DNA of 64,000 nt from an uncultured Nitrospiraceae bacterium (GCA_963706325.1 CAVPLT010000001.1:1024001-1088000); one strand, 5' to 3'. Positions 30,119 through 40,382 are shown, counted from the first letter of the stretch. A program made the numbers and translations. The notes: generated by a model not told the origin, from the sequence alone.

Positions 30119-31195
30119 GTGCGGAGGGTTGTAGTGCGTGAACGACGGTGGGAAACCTCGGACCGGCTGACCTTTCAAGACGTCGTGGGCGTGGGCGAAC
30201 GACTTGGGGCGCTTGGGCTGAAGCCGGCGCCTCCTGCCAAAGACGTCATCTGCTATGTGGAAGATTGGACCGTCGACTCCCTTGACGCGTTTGATCTACT
30301 GGACCGTTGGGCCACGGAAGATGTCACGCTGATCCATGTCCGCGAAGCGTGGCAGGGTGATTTTTTTCTGCTGGCTGGCGGATACCATACGGTCTATCAG
30401 CAGTATCAGGACGTCGGCACCTACTGCTCCATCAGTCATCCTTGGCGCACCACCGGCCCGCTGCGGTTTCACCATCCGACCAGCATGCTGTGGCTGGGGT
30501 TCCGGCACAACCATGCGTTTATCCGCGTGCGCCTGCAGACACGGGAAGTCGTGACGCCGGGGGAAACGCGCGAGGACGCGCGGCGTACCGACTGGGTCGA
30601 TGAACGCCGGACCATATTTCTGGGTGCGATCGCCACGTTGGACCTTCCGGTTGAGACCTCGGTGGAGAAGGGCGGTCTGGTGCTGACACCAGCCGACCCC
30701 GCGACCCCGTTTTTTTGCTCCTGGCCGGATGCCTTCGGACCCTGTCAGTTCGAATACAATTCTTCAGATGCCTACGAATTTCTTGTGCCGGGGAGCAAAT
30801 TGGCTGCGACTTACGCGCCTGAAGCAGCCGGCGTGCGGGCGTATCTGACGGGATTTTCGGTGGAGACACTCGAGAAGTTTGCTGCCATTCAGCCCGGCGC
30901 GCGTTCCGTGTATCGCTGCTCCGTGCATTGCGCGTTGGGAGAGTTGCCCGAGATACTCGCGGCAATTAAGCCGCAGGGACGCTTGTACAGCACACTATGT
31001 GAATTCAATACCGAGGAACTGCTGCCGGACGAGGAGGACGCCTCGGCCATCATCGGCATTGTCGGCAGTGCCGGAAGCTTTCAACTCGAAATGCGGTTGA
31101 ACCGTGCCCCGCTGCCCGAAGCGCAAATGGCCGCATGGCTGGAACGCCTGTTGGGGTATGCGGTCGTGTATGCTCCGCTCCCCCCCTTCGTCTGA
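30119..31195 (+). CDS. Hypothetical protein
   Basis: 358-aa ORF; family not recognised. Confidence 0.7.
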   Translation: MRRVVVRERRWETSDRLTFQDVVGVGERLGALGLKPAPPAKDVICYVEDWTVDSLDAFDLLDRWATEDVTLIHVREAWQGDFFLLAGGYHTVYQQYQDVGTYCSISHPWRTTGPLRFHHPTSMLWLGFRHNHAFIRVRLQTREVVTPGETREDARRTDWVDERRTIFLGAIATLDLPVETSVEKGGLVLTPADPATPFFCSWPDAFGPCQFEYNSSDAYEFLVPGSKLAATYAPEAAGVRAYLTGFSVETLEKFAAIQPGARSVYRCSVHCALGELPEILAAIKPQGRLYSTLCEFNTEELLPDEEDASAIIGIVGSAGSFQLEMRLNRAPLPEAQMAAWLERLLGYAVVYAPLPPFV

Positions 31196-31320
31196 CAGGA
31201 GCTGAAAATGGCTCCCGGCGGCGTTCTTGCTTCGTTCGAGGACTCGACGTACTACGTCAGAGTACGCCCTCGCCCTCTCATTCGCTGCGGCCTGGCCGGA
31301 AAACCGTTTTGAGCATCCTG
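31196..31320 (+). repeat. Family-1 repeat, copy E
   Basis: TGA|CAGGAGCTGAAAATGG..GTTCTTG..ACGTAC..GTACGCC..TGCGGCCT..CCGTTTTGAGCATCCTG. Confidence 0.8.
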
Positions 31321-31329
31321 TGCTGTTAG

Positions 31330-31451
31330 CGGCGGCTGAAAGCGATCCCCAGCTTCGTTCTCGGGTCGAACTCATCCTCAACGTACCCCAAGGGTACGTC
31401 TCCGGTGAGTTCTCTCCTGCGGCCTCGTTGGATGACCATTTTGGGCCGCCG
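31330..31451 (+). repeat. Family-1 repeat, copy F (tandem to E)
   Basis: TAG|CGGCGGCTGAAAG..GTTCTCG..CTCAACGTAC..GTACGTCTC..TGCGGCCTCGTTGG..TTTTGGGCCGCCG. Confidence 0.8.
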
Positions 31452-31568
31452 GCTGTCATTGATGCTGTGCAGGCTCGTGACTTGCCAATGAACTGAAGCA
31501 CTCTTCGACTCTCGCGGCCAATTCCTCTCTTCGTTTGACAATCGCGCGCTTCTCCTGAAATCTAGCCC

Positions 31569-32678
31569 ATGGTCTCGATGCAACGGTTCCAGTCGGTCCT
31601 GGGGAAGCCCTACCTTCCGCCGCTGTTTTTCTTTAGCGGAGTCACGTACGACACGGTGACCCTGACCCGCATCGACCGGTTGCAGGATAATCTACTGCTG
31701 CTGCTCTACCTCGTCATGCTGGGCTTCCTCATTGTCCTGACTGGTCGGCTAGGGACGCATGAAGCCACGGTCGAGGATCTTCCACCGGATGCGCCGAGGC
31801 TCATGAAATGGGTCGTCCAAGCCAAGCCCTATGCCCCCATGGCCATTCAGTTTTTGCTGGGTGGCCTGTTCAGCGCCTATACGATTTTCTATTCAAAAAG
31901 CGCCACCCTCACCGGCACCGCAGTATTTTTCTGCCTCTTGGTCGGATTCTTGGTCGCCAACGAATTTCTGCGCGATAGACTCTCGAACATTCAGTTGCTG
32001 GTGGGCCTCTACGCCCTCGTGTGCTTCGGGTTCTTCACATTTTTCCTTCCGGTGATGACCGGTTTAATGAACGCAATGGTTTTTCTGGCTGGAGCAGGCC
32101 TCACGATCCTGGTCGTGTGGCGCGTGGTGCACCTGATCTATTGGCGGAATTCGGCCCGTACCAATCGTGAAGCCATGCTGGCCGGCGCACCGGCACTGGC
32201 CCTAGTCGGCCTATTGATCGGGTTCTATTTTTTGAACTGGATTCCACCCGTGCCGCTGTCGATGAAGTTCGGGGGGATGTATCACGAAGTGAAGCGGTCC
32301 GGCGAGCACTTCGAATTGTCGTATGAGCGGGCGTGGTACGAGTCCTGGAAACGGTCGAATACGACGTTCACCGCCGGCGAGCCGATTTACTGCTTCACGG
32401 CGGTGTTCGCGCCCGTGACGCTGAAAACCACCGTCTATCACCATTGGTTTCACCGCAGCGACAAGGGCAAGCCCTTCAGCCATGCCGACAAGATTCCACT
32501 CAAGATTGCCGGGGGCCGTGAGGGGGGGTACCGGGCTTATACCTTCAAGCAGGGGCTCGATCCCGGCGACTGGCGGGTGGATATCGAAACCGAAGACGGC
32601 CGCGTCATCGGAAGGGTGGCTGTCCGGGTGGAGGATAGGCGGGAGCGACGGCAGCTATTACACACGGTCGTCTACTGA
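31569..32678 (+). CDS. Membrane protein with C-terminal DUF2914-like domain
   Basis: Multiple TMs, IPPVPL, GGREGGYR, PGDWRVD. Confidence 0.75.
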   Translation: MVSMQRFQSVLGKPYLPPLFFFSGVTYDTVTLTRIDRLQDNLLLLLYLVMLGFLIVLTGRLGTHEATVEDLPPDAPRLMKWVVQAKPYAPMAIQFLLGGLFSAYTIFYSKSATLTGTAVFFCLLVGFLVANEFLRDRLSNIQLLVGLYALVCFGFFTFFLPVMTGLMNAMVFLAGAGLTILVVWRVVHLIYWRNSARTNREAMLAGAPALALVGLLIGFYFLNWIPPVPLSMKFGGMYHEVKRSGEHFELSYERAWYESWKRSNTTFTAGEPIYCFTAVFAPVTLKTTVYHHWFHRSDKGKPFSHADKIPLKIAGGREGGYRAYTFKQGLDPGDWRVDIETEDGRVIGRVAVRVEDRRERRQLLHTVVY

Positions 32679-33229
32679 CGGGACGAACCGAGATATCCCA
32701 TGAGGCGCATCAGCGGGCTTGCGCTCCTTGAGTGACGGGAAGGTGAGAGCAGGCCGCGCAGACGGGCGATCGCGTCGTCTACAATATGCGCATCTTTCTC
32801 AATCGAGGCGACGAGGTGCCGTTGAATGTATGCCAGGCGGCAAACCTTCCTCCTGAGATGGTGCGGGTTGAGAGCGACGTGACGTCGATCACACCATTGT
32901 GTTTGGACGGCGTCAGGCCATCGCCGCCATCGAACAGGCCCCTATCGGCACGAAAGTCGGCGGCGGCGCGTAAGGCATGCATCGCTCTCATCTCGCCTAT
33001 CGAGACGAAGCGGCGGCCACCTGGGCCCGCCTGATACGGCGGTGATTGTCGAACTCTGGTTGAGGAAAAGCCTGTATGATGAAAAGGCAAATAGTAGAGA
33101 CACATGATGAGCCCGAGTAATGGAGGAATGGATTTGGATGAAGATCGAGGTAGGCGAGAACTATGGGAGCACCGGGCACAGGCCATCCATGTGCCCGCTC
33201 AATATGAAAATGGCTCCGGAGGAGTGTGG

Positions 33230-34123
33230 ATGATGGGGTGGTACCGTGTTCAACTGATGGTGATAGTTGTTGCGGTGTTGTGTGGCTGGACCCTTCCAGC
33301 CATAGCGGAGGAGTCGTCGCCGCGGGCGGTGCCTTGGCAAGTCGGCCCGACCGAGGCCAAATTGGGCGATCAGGCGCTTCTCAAAGTGCCTCAGGGATAC
33401 CGGTTCCTTGGGAAGCAAGAGACTCAACAGCTGCTCAAACAGATGGGCAATTTTCCTTCCGGCTCTGAATTGGGTCTGATCACCTCGGCGATCGAGGGGC
33501 AGGAGTGGTTCATGGTGGTGCGTTATATCGATGCAGGCTATGTGAAGGATGATGAGGCGGCCAACTGGGACGCCGATGCGCTCATGGCTTCCATCAAAGA
33601 AGGCACGGACGAGGATAACAAGACCAGGCAATCGCAAGGTTTTCCCCCGTTGGTCGTTCGTGGTTGGGAGGAAAAGCCGCATTACGATAAGGCTGCGAAC
33701 AAAGTGGTGTGGGCCATCTCGGCGCAGGAGCGGGAGACGGTGGGGGTGAACTACAACACGTTGGCCTTGGGTCGGCAGGGGTATCTCAGCATGAACATGG
33801 TCGGGTCTTTGGAAGAGCTGCCGACCTTGAAGCCGCATGTGGGGCTGCTTCTATCCAACGTGGAATTTATCGAGGGTAAACGCTACAGCGATTTCGACAG
33901 CACGACCGACAAGGTTGCCGCGGTCGGTCTGTCGGCGCTCATCGCAGGCGCCGCGATCAAGTCGGGACTGCTGGCCAAGTTATGGGCATTCATTATTCCC
34001 CTCGTCATAGCAGGGAAGAAGCTGCTGATGTTGTTGGTGATTGCGCTGGGCGGATTGGCCGCGAAGTATTTTAAGAAGAAATCCAAGCCGGAACAATTGG
34101 GCGATGGTGGAGGCTTGTCGTGA
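33230..34123 (+). CDS. DUF2167-family membrane-anchored protein
   Basis: GYVKDD, GW...P.YD, NYNT..LGRQG, G.RY.DF; GGAGGAG RBS. Confidence 0.82.
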   Translation: MMGWYRVQLMVIVVAVLCGWTLPAIAEESSPRAVPWQVGPTEAKLGDQALLKVPQGYRFLGKQETQQLLKQMGNFPSGSELGLITSAIEGQEWFMVVRYIDAGYVKDDEAANWDADALMASIKEGTDEDNKTRQSQGFPPLVVRGWEEKPHYDKAANKVVWAISAQERETVGVNYNTLALGRQGYLSMNMVGSLEELPTLKPHVGLLLSNVEFIEGKRYSDFDSTTDKVAAVGLSALIAGAAIKSGLLAKLWAFIIPLVIAGKKLLMLLVIALGGLAAKYFKKKSKPEQLGDGGGLS

Positions 34124-34833
34124 AGGTTCTGCTGTTGTTGCTCGCGGGACTTAAGTTCGGCAAGGTCGCGCTGACCGGCGGGACGATGCTGATCTCCATG
34201 GTGGCCTACAGTTTTATCTTTGGCTGGTGGTATTCAGTAGGGTTTGTGCTGCTGATTCTGTTTCACGAGCTGGGTCATTACGGGGCGGCGAAGCAGCGCA
34301 ATCTGAATGTCGGTGCGCCCACCTTCATTCCTTTTGTCGGCGCTTGGATTCAGCTCAAAGAGCAACCGATGGACGTGGAAACTGAGGCGTATGTCGGCAT
34401 CGCCGGGCCGGTCACCGGAACTGTAGCCGCAATGGCCTGTTATTACGCGGCGGAATATACCCACAGCCAGCTGCTCTTGGCCTTGGCCTATGCCGGGTTC
34501 ATGATCAATTTGTTCAATCTTATTCCAATATCTCCGTTGGATGGGGGGCGGATCACGGCCATCATCTCGCCCAAGGTCTGGTGGCTGGGTATGCCGATTC
34601 TCATCGGCCTCTTCTTCATCACCCACAGCCCTATGCTGTTGTTGGTCGCCATTCTGGCCTTTCCCCACGTGATGTCCACGTTCCGAGGCGGTCCCCACGG
34701 ATTGCCTGCACGCTACTATGACGTGCCACTGGCGACCAGGATCAGTTATGGGCTGTACTACCTTGGGCTCGCTGCCTTTCTTGGTATCATGAGTTATGAG
34801 ACGCATCTGCTCCTGCCTTCCTCACAAGGCTGA
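34120..34833 (+). CDS. Site-2 protease (M50) family
   Basis: HELGH, AGP, NLIP..PLDGG. Confidence 0.9.
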   Translation: MKVLLLLLAGLKFGKVALTGGTMLISMVAYSFIFGWWYSVGFVLLILFHELGHYGAAKQRNLNVGAPTFIPFVGAWIQLKEQPMDVETEAYVGIAGPVTGTVAAMACYYAAEYTHSQLLLALAYAGFMINLFNLIPISPLDGGRITAIISPKVWWLGMPILIGLFFITHSPMLLLVAILAFPHVMSTFRGGPHGLPARYYDVPLATRISYGLYYLGLAAFLGIMSYETHLLLPSSQG

Positions 34834-34886
34834 GGGACCCTGTTCAGCGAGACACCAGTCACAATCATGCAATCCGTGGAGACAGG

Positions 34887-35597
34887 GTGGAAGAGTTCAT
34901 CGCTGAGGTGAGCCACATCCAGGATTTGACGCACGACGTGCGGGCAATTGAGCTGCGCCTTCTGGAACCAAGCGACATTATGTTCAAGGCAGGGCAGTTT
35001 GTCTCGTTTGAGATGCCGAAGGAAGGGCAACCTCGTCCTGTGACGAGACCCTATTCCGTGGCCTCGCCACCCAGTCAGGGAGATCGCATTCTTCTGATCC
35101 TCAATCTGGTCCAGGGGGGCCCCGGTTCGAGTTACCTCTTCAGCTTGCGGGAAGGTTCTCGAACCTCGTTCAAAGGGCCGGCAGGATCGTTCTATTTGCG
35201 AGGCGATGGCTCAAGAGACCTGTTGTTCGTCGCCACGGGAACCGGCATCGCTCCATTCCGCAGCATGATCTTGGCTCAACTGGAGCGTGGGGAGTCACGA
35301 TCCGTGACCTTGTTCTGGGGGCTTCGCAGCCAGCGGGATCTATATCTACAGGCGGAGCTGCAGGAACTGGCTCGTGCCTATCCTAAGTTTTCCTACGTGA
35401 CGACGCTTTCCAGGCCGGAACCTGGATGGAACGGCGCGATCGGACGAGTGACGGCCTTGATCGACCAGCGTGTTCCCTCAGTGAAAAACCTTGCGGCCTA
35501 TCTATGCGGCGGAAACGGCATGATCAAGGATGTCACGACAAAGCTCAATGCCAAGGGGTTGTGTCCGATCTATCGGGAAAAGTATTACGACGATTAG
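34887..35597 (+). CDS. FAD/NAD(P)-binding oxidoreductase (FNR-like)
   Basis: GQF, RPYS, G..S, ATGTGIAP, YLCG. Confidence 0.88.
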   Translation: MEEFIAEVSHIQDLTHDVRAIELRLLEPSDIMFKAGQFVSFEMPKEGQPRPVTRPYSVASPPSQGDRILLILNLVQGGPGSSYLFSLREGSRTSFKGPAGSFYLRGDGSRDLLFVATGTGIAPFRSMILAQLERGESRSVTLFWGLRSQRDLYLQAELQELARAYPKFSYVTTLSRPEPGWNGAIGRVTALIDQRVPSVKNLAAYLCGGNGMIKDVTTKLNAKGLCPIYREKYYDD

Positions 35598-35719
35598 CAG
35601 GCCGATGAAAGAGGCCGCCAACGGCGTTCTCGCGTCGCTCACTCCTTCGACGTACAAGAACAGTACGCCTCAGTCATTCGCTAGCTGCGGCCTTGTTCGC
35701 GACCTCCTTGATCGGCCTG
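35598..35719 (+). repeat. Family-1 repeat, copy G
   Basis: TAG|CAGGCCGATGAAAGAGG..GTTCTCG..ACGTAC..GTACGCCTC..TGCGGCCTTG..CCTCCTTGATCGGCCTG. Confidence 0.85.
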
Positions 35720-35749
35720 GGCTATTTCTGCCCTCCAAAGGCAAGAGGT

Positions 35750-35944
35750 CTACTGAGTCTTCGGAACGCGTTTGGTGGTGTGTTGAAATACGCACTTGGG
35801 GCAAGTGTAATGGATGAACTGGCCGCCCGCGACAAGGCGTTTGGTCATCGCGACCTTGCACCAGGTGCAGACACGTTCCGGCAAGTCGGCGGTGTCGGCG
35901 GGGGTGATTGATTGCGGCACGGATACGTCAGCCATGGTCGGCAT
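35750..35944 (-). CDS. Small zinc-ribbon protein
   Basis: CTWC...YTCPKC. Confidence 0.55.
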   Translation of the reverse strand: MPTMADVSVPQSITPADTADLPERVCTWCKVAMTKRLVAGGQFIHYTCPKCVFQHTTKRVPKTQ

Positions 35945-36088
35945 TCTCGCTAAGGGCTCAAGAGTTTGTCAATGTGATCAGTCACGAGAAATTTCGGAGA
36001 TAAATATTTACAGGGTTTCAAACCTTGAGTATATTGCAACGTATGTTTTCCCACCCCCACCGTTCCCAACAGAAAGGTCGTATCGCAT

Positions 36089-36532
36089 ATGCACAACGCC
36101 GAAGGTGTCAGCTCAGACGACATCTCATCATCTTCAGCCAGGGTTGCTGACTCCGCGGTCCATCCGGACTCCGTCGGACCAGGCAAAGCCTGGGGAATTT
36201 GCACCTCCGTCGACCTCCACGATTGCGTCCCCGACCGTATCCGTGATGCCAAACAAATCGAAGCCTACGTGGTTCAGCTTTGCGAGCTGATCGAGATGAA
36301 GCGCTACGGCGCCTGCCAGGTCGTCAATTTCGGTGAAGGGCGTGTGGCCGGCTATAGCATGGTGCAGTTGATCGAGACCTCCTTGATCAGCGGGCACTTC
36401 GCCAATGACACGAACAGCGCCTATCTGGATATCTTCAGTTGCAAGGGCTACGATCCGGCCATCGTCGAAGAATTTTCCAAAGCCTTTTTCGGCGCCCGTC
36501 GCTCAAGCCATCGAGCCATGTTGCGTTACTAA
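36089..36532 (+). CDS. speD: S-adenosylmethionine decarboxylase-family proenzyme
   Basis: DLHDC, GYS.VQLIETSLISGH, YLDIFSC. Confidence 0.8.
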   Translation: MHNAEGVSSDDISSSSARVADSAVHPDSVGPGKAWGICTSVDLHDCVPDRIRDAKQIEAYVVQLCELIEMKRYGACQVVNFGEGRVAGYSMVQLIETSLISGHFANDTNSAYLDIFSCKGYDPAIVEEFSKAFFGARRSSHRAMLRY

Positions 36533-36592
36533 ACGAGAGCCGTAGCACGCCCGGCCCATGCAGGGCCTCGGGTGTTGCCAATTCTGCACGTC

Positions 36593-36937
36593 ATGACTCA
36601 AAGTCCACCCAAAACCGTACGGGCGTTTTTCTCTACCCTCGCCGGCAAACTAAATCGTGAGGCGGCCGAAGGACTGGATGCGGTCTACCAGTTCGATTTG
36701 AACGGCGCCGATGGGGGACAGTACCAACTGCAGATCCGGGACGGTGCTTGTCAAGTTTCGGAAGGCACCCACCCGGATCCGCATGTGACGCTGGCGATGT
36801 CAGGTGAAGATTGTCTCCGGGTGCTGAACGGTCAGGTCAGCGGCACCATGGTGGCCATGTCGGGACGTTTGCGCATCAGCGGCGACATGGGGTTGGCATT
36901 GCAGCTAGCATCGCTCTTTCCAAGCCTTCGTCCGTAG
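36593..36937 (+). CDS. SCP2 sterol/lipid-binding domain protein
   Basis: YQF.L.G..GG, G....PHVT, MSGRL.ISGDM.LA. Confidence 0.85.
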   Translation: MTQSPPKTVRAFFSTLAGKLNREAAEGLDAVYQFDLNGADGGQYQLQIRDGACQVSEGTHPDPHVTLAMSGEDCLRVLNGQVSGTMVAMSGRLRISGDMGLALQLASLFPSLRP

Positions 36938-37010
36938 CAGGATGTTGAAAAAGTCCGCCAGCTTTGTTCTCGCATTGTGGCCGCGCAGGACGACCTTTTT
37001 GACCATCCTG
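36938..37010 (+). repeat. Family-1 repeat, short copy H
   Basis: TAG|CAGGATGTTGAAAAAGTC..GTTCTCG..GACCTTTTTGACCATCCTG. Confidence 0.8.
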
Positions 37011-37205
37011 CGGGCGTTCTGAATATCTGCCTCATCTTACCATCACTTTTTTCAGGGACAGCGAAATGGTTTTTCAACGGCTCGCTAGGGACCCTCTCGC
37101 TTCTTCCTATTTCTAGCAAATCCCCAACATTCTCAACGCAAAAAGCGTGCGCTTTTCGCTGGCGCCGGTTCTGCTTCGTGATGTAGGCGATTGTGCAGGC
37201 GGTCG

Positions 37206-40200
37206 TCATATCGGCTGAACCGCCGGCTCGCCGGCTTGGGATTCAGCCAGTTGTTCTGTGCTCCGCGGAAACCGTTCCTCCAACATCGCATAGACGGTCG
37301 GAACCAGGAACAGGGTTAAGATCGTCGAAACGGTGAGACCGCCCACTACAGCTCGGGCCAGCGGCGCATTCGTTTCGCTGCCTGTGCCGAGGCCCAACGC
37401 CATGGGCATCAGTCCCACCACGGTGGCCAGCGAGGTCATGAGGATGGGGCGCAGCCGCGTGCGTGATGCCGTGACCACGGCACTCGCAAGATCTAACCCT
37501 CGGCGCCGCAGCACATTGGTGTAGTCCACCAGCAACACACCGTTCGACACCACGATGCCGAGCATCATGATGATTCCCATCATCGACGAGGTTGAGATGG
37601 TAGTGTTGGTCAGGTAGAGGATGACGATGACGCCCGGGATACCCATAGGTACCGAGAACATGATGATAAAGGGATCGATGAGCGACTTAAATTGCGCCGC
37701 CATGACCATGTACACCAGGATTAAGGCCAAGATGCTGGCAAACATGAGGCCCGCAAAGGTTTCTCGCTGCTGCTGGATCTGCCCGGCAAGACGAATGCTG
37801 AATCCCGGCGGCAATTGCAGCTGGTCGAACGCTGACTCCAAATCTTGGGCGATGGATCCAAGATCGCGGTCGACGGGGTTGGCGGTAATATGAACAACTC
37901 GCTGGAAATATTTGCGTTCTATTTTTACGGGGCCGGCGTTCAGCTTCAACGTCGCCAGGTTCTTGAGCAACACCGGCTCTCCGTTTTTCGTCGTCAAGAG
38001 GACGTTTTCGATATCCGTCAGGTCTTTGCGATGTTCTTCGGCGAGCCAGGCGCTGATGTAATACTCATTGCCGTTTTGCGGGTCGGTGAAGATGATGGGG
38101 TCGGTCTGGCCGTTGCCGTTTAAGGAAAACAGCACGGCGTTGGCGACGTCCGTTTCGCTGATGCCGAGCAGCGCCGCCTTCTCTCGGTCTACGACCACGT
38201 TGACCTCCGGGTAGTTTTCTTCCCGGCTGACTTCGATATCCGCCATGCCCGGTATTTTGTGCATGATGTCCTGCACCTGCTGGATGGCGCTACGGGCTTT
38301 TTCAAAGTCGTAGCCGTAAATTTCGACGTCGATAGACTTTTGTGAGCCGAAGCTGGTGACTCGTTTGACCAATCCTCCCGGATCGAAGAACATCGCCACG
38401 CCGGGGAAGAGTTTGAGAATCGCGGGACGGACGGCGTTCATGACTTCGACCTGAGTGCGGCGTCGCTTATCGGGGGACACCAAATAGACGGAAATGACCG
38501 ATGTATGCGGTCCGGTGTTGGGGTTGAACAATGATGACCGCCCCTGCGCCAATACGCCGGTGCTGGACGCAATGGCTTCTAGTTCCGTCGAAGGAATCAT
38601 GTCCCGCAACACCCGTTCGACTTCAGCCACTTGATCGACGGTTTTTTCCACCCGCTGGCCGACCGGCCCGCGTAAGACGATACGGAATTGGCTTTCATCC
38701 GAGACCGGAAGAAATTCGGTCCCGATGAAAGGCACGAGGCCGAGAGAACTCACAAAGATGACGACGACCGAGATCAGCAATGTCCGGCGGTGAGCCAGGA
38801 CCCAGCGAAGGCTGCGCTCATAGCCTTCGTCGAGGGCCTCATAGCGCCGTTGGCTCCATTGCATGATCCTCACGAACCAGCCCGGCAAGTGGCGATGCGC
38901 TTCCTGTTCCGATCTCAAAAATCGATAACAGAGCGCCGGCGTCACCGTGCGGGAGACGAAGAACGATGTGAACAGAGCGATGGCGATCGTCAGGGTCAAT
39001 GGAATGAGCAACAGGCGCGCGATGCCGACGATGAAAAACATGGGAAGGAAGACGACGACCGTGGTAACCGTCGAGGCCAAGATCGGCATGGCGACTTCGC
39101 GCGCGGCATTCACGATGGCGTCCCACCGGTTCCGATCGACGTTCAAGTGACGTTGAATATTTTCCAATTCCACGATGGAGTCATCGACTAGACGTCCGAT
39201 GCCAAGCGCCAGCCCGCCCATGGTAAAGACGTTCAGGGTTTGATTCGTGAAGTAGAGCACGATGAAGGTCACCAAGATCGAGAGGGGAATGGCGACCGAG
39301 ATGATCAGGGTGCTGGTCAGGTTTCTGAGGAACAGGAGAATGACCGCCGCTGCGAGCAATGATCCATGAAGGGCTTGCTCGATGAGGTTCTTGATCGACT
39401 GCCGGATGTAGACGGATTGATCGAAGGAAATGCCCAATTGCACGCCCGGCGGAATCCCGATCATGTTGGGGATCGCTTTCCGCAAGGCATCGACCACTTC
39501 CACCGTGTTCGCAATCGGCTGTTTGTTCACGCGGAGATAGACGGAGCGTTTACCGTCCGTGCGAACGACGTTGGTTTGGATGTCTGAGGAATCTGTCAAT
39601 ACGCCGACGTCGCGCACTCGCACGGGGTTGCCTCTGGGATCGATCTTGACCACGACGTCGTTGATCGGCTCCACCGTCTTGAACTGCGTATTCGTGAACA
39701 CGTTGTAGTCTAGGTTGCCCGCCTTAATGTCACCCGAAGGGAGAATCAGGTTGGAGGCTTTAACGGCCTTGACCACGTCGAGGATGGAGAGTCCGCGCGC
39801 TTGCAGCAGCGCCGGGTCCAGGTTGATGTTGATCTGCCGAATTTTACCGCCCTCAACCGTAGCGGCCGCGACGTTCGCGATTTGTTCAATCTGTGGCGCG
39901 ATGGTGTTATAGGCCAGATCGTAGAGCCCTCGTTCGTCGAGGTCGCCGCCCGCTACCGTCACCATGGCGACGGGAATATTGGAGACGTCGAACTTAACGA
40001 TGAATGGCTGCAGAATACCGGGCGGCAGGCTGTTGAGGATTTGGGTGATGCGTTGCATCACCTCCATTTGCCCTACATTGATATCCGCGCCCCAGTTGAA
40101 CCAGACCTGAACCGCCCCAATGCCTTGCTTCGCGAATGATTCGACATGCTCGACGTTCGATGCGGAGCTGACGGCCTTTTCAATCGGATAGACCACGCTC

Positions 40201-40382
40201 TGTTCGATATCGAGTGGAGGCGCCCCTTTATAAATGACGCCGACAAAGGCGACCGGCACCTGAATGTTGGGGAACAGATCGACAGGAAGACGTTCGAGGG
40301 ACGTGGCTCCCAGAATGACCATGGCCAGGGACAGCATCAGGATGCCGATACGGTTGCGAAGTGCGAGGAGTGTCAGCCACAT
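37206..40382 (-). CDS. RND efflux permease (AcrB/AcrD/AcrF family)
   Basis: 1058 aa; LPVDLFP, VDDSIVELEN, RLRPILMT. Confidence 0.93.
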   Translation of the reverse strand: MWLTLLALRNRIGILMLSLAMVILGATSLERLPVDLFPNIQVPVAFVGVIYKGAPPLDIEQSVVYPIEKAVSSASNVEHVESFAKQGIGAVQVWFNWGADINVGQMEVMQRITQILNSLPPGILQPFIVKFDVSNIPVAMVTVAGGDLDERGLYDLAYNTIAPQIEQIANVAAATVEGGKIRQININLDPALLQARGLSILDVVKAVKASNLILPSGDIKAGNLDYNVFTNTQFKTVEPINDVVVKIDPRGNPVRVRDVGVLTDSSDIQTNVVRTDGKRSVYLRVNKQPIANTVEVVDALRKAIPNMIGIPPGVQLGISFDQSVYIRQSIKNLIEQALHGSLLAAAVILLFLRNLTSTLIISVAIPLSILVTFIVLYFTNQTLNVFTMGGLALGIGRLVDDSIVELENIQRHLNVDRNRWDAIVNAAREVAMPILASTVTTVVVFLPMFFIVGIARLLLIPLTLTIAIALFTSFFVSRTVTPALCYRFLRSEQEAHRHLPGWFVRIMQWSQRRYEALDEGYERSLRWVLAHRRTLLISVVVIFVSSLGLVPFIGTEFLPVSDESQFRIVLRGPVGQRVEKTVDQVAEVERVLRDMIPSTELEAIASSTGVLAQGRSSLFNPNTGPHTSVISVYLVSPDKRRRTQVEVMNAVRPAILKLFPGVAMFFDPGGLVKRVTSFGSQKSIDVEIYGYDFEKARSAIQQVQDIMHKIPGMADIEVSREENYPEVNVVVDREKAALLGISETDVANAVLFSLNGNGQTDPIIFTDPQNGNEYYISAWLAEEHRKDLTDIENVLLTTKNGEPVLLKNLATLKLNAGPVKIERKYFQRVVHITANPVDRDLGSIAQDLESAFDQLQLPPGFSIRLAGQIQQQRETFAGLMFASILALILVYMVMAAQFKSLIDPFIIMFSVPMGIPGVIVILYLTNTTISTSSMMGIIMMLGIVVSNGVLLVDYTNVLRRRGLDLASAVVTASRTRLRPILMTSLATVVGLMPMALGLGTGSETNAPLARAVVGGLTVSTILTLFLVPTVYAMLEERFPRSTEQLAESQAGEPAVQPI

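Noticed and set aside
31196..31451. Tandem repeats as a CRISPR array
   Set aside because: Units are ~120 bp diverged hairpins without identical short repeats, spacers or cas genes
32700..33100. Short ORF 32786-33034 or gene remnant
   Set aside because: No recognisable motif or RBS, so it cannot be supported
15295..37010. Family-1 hairpins as plain Rho-independent terminators or integron attC sites
   Set aside because: The T-run is inside the stem, internal motifs are conserved, no consistent RYYYAAC/GTTRRRY ends were seen, and the elements follow core genes with no integrase in the window
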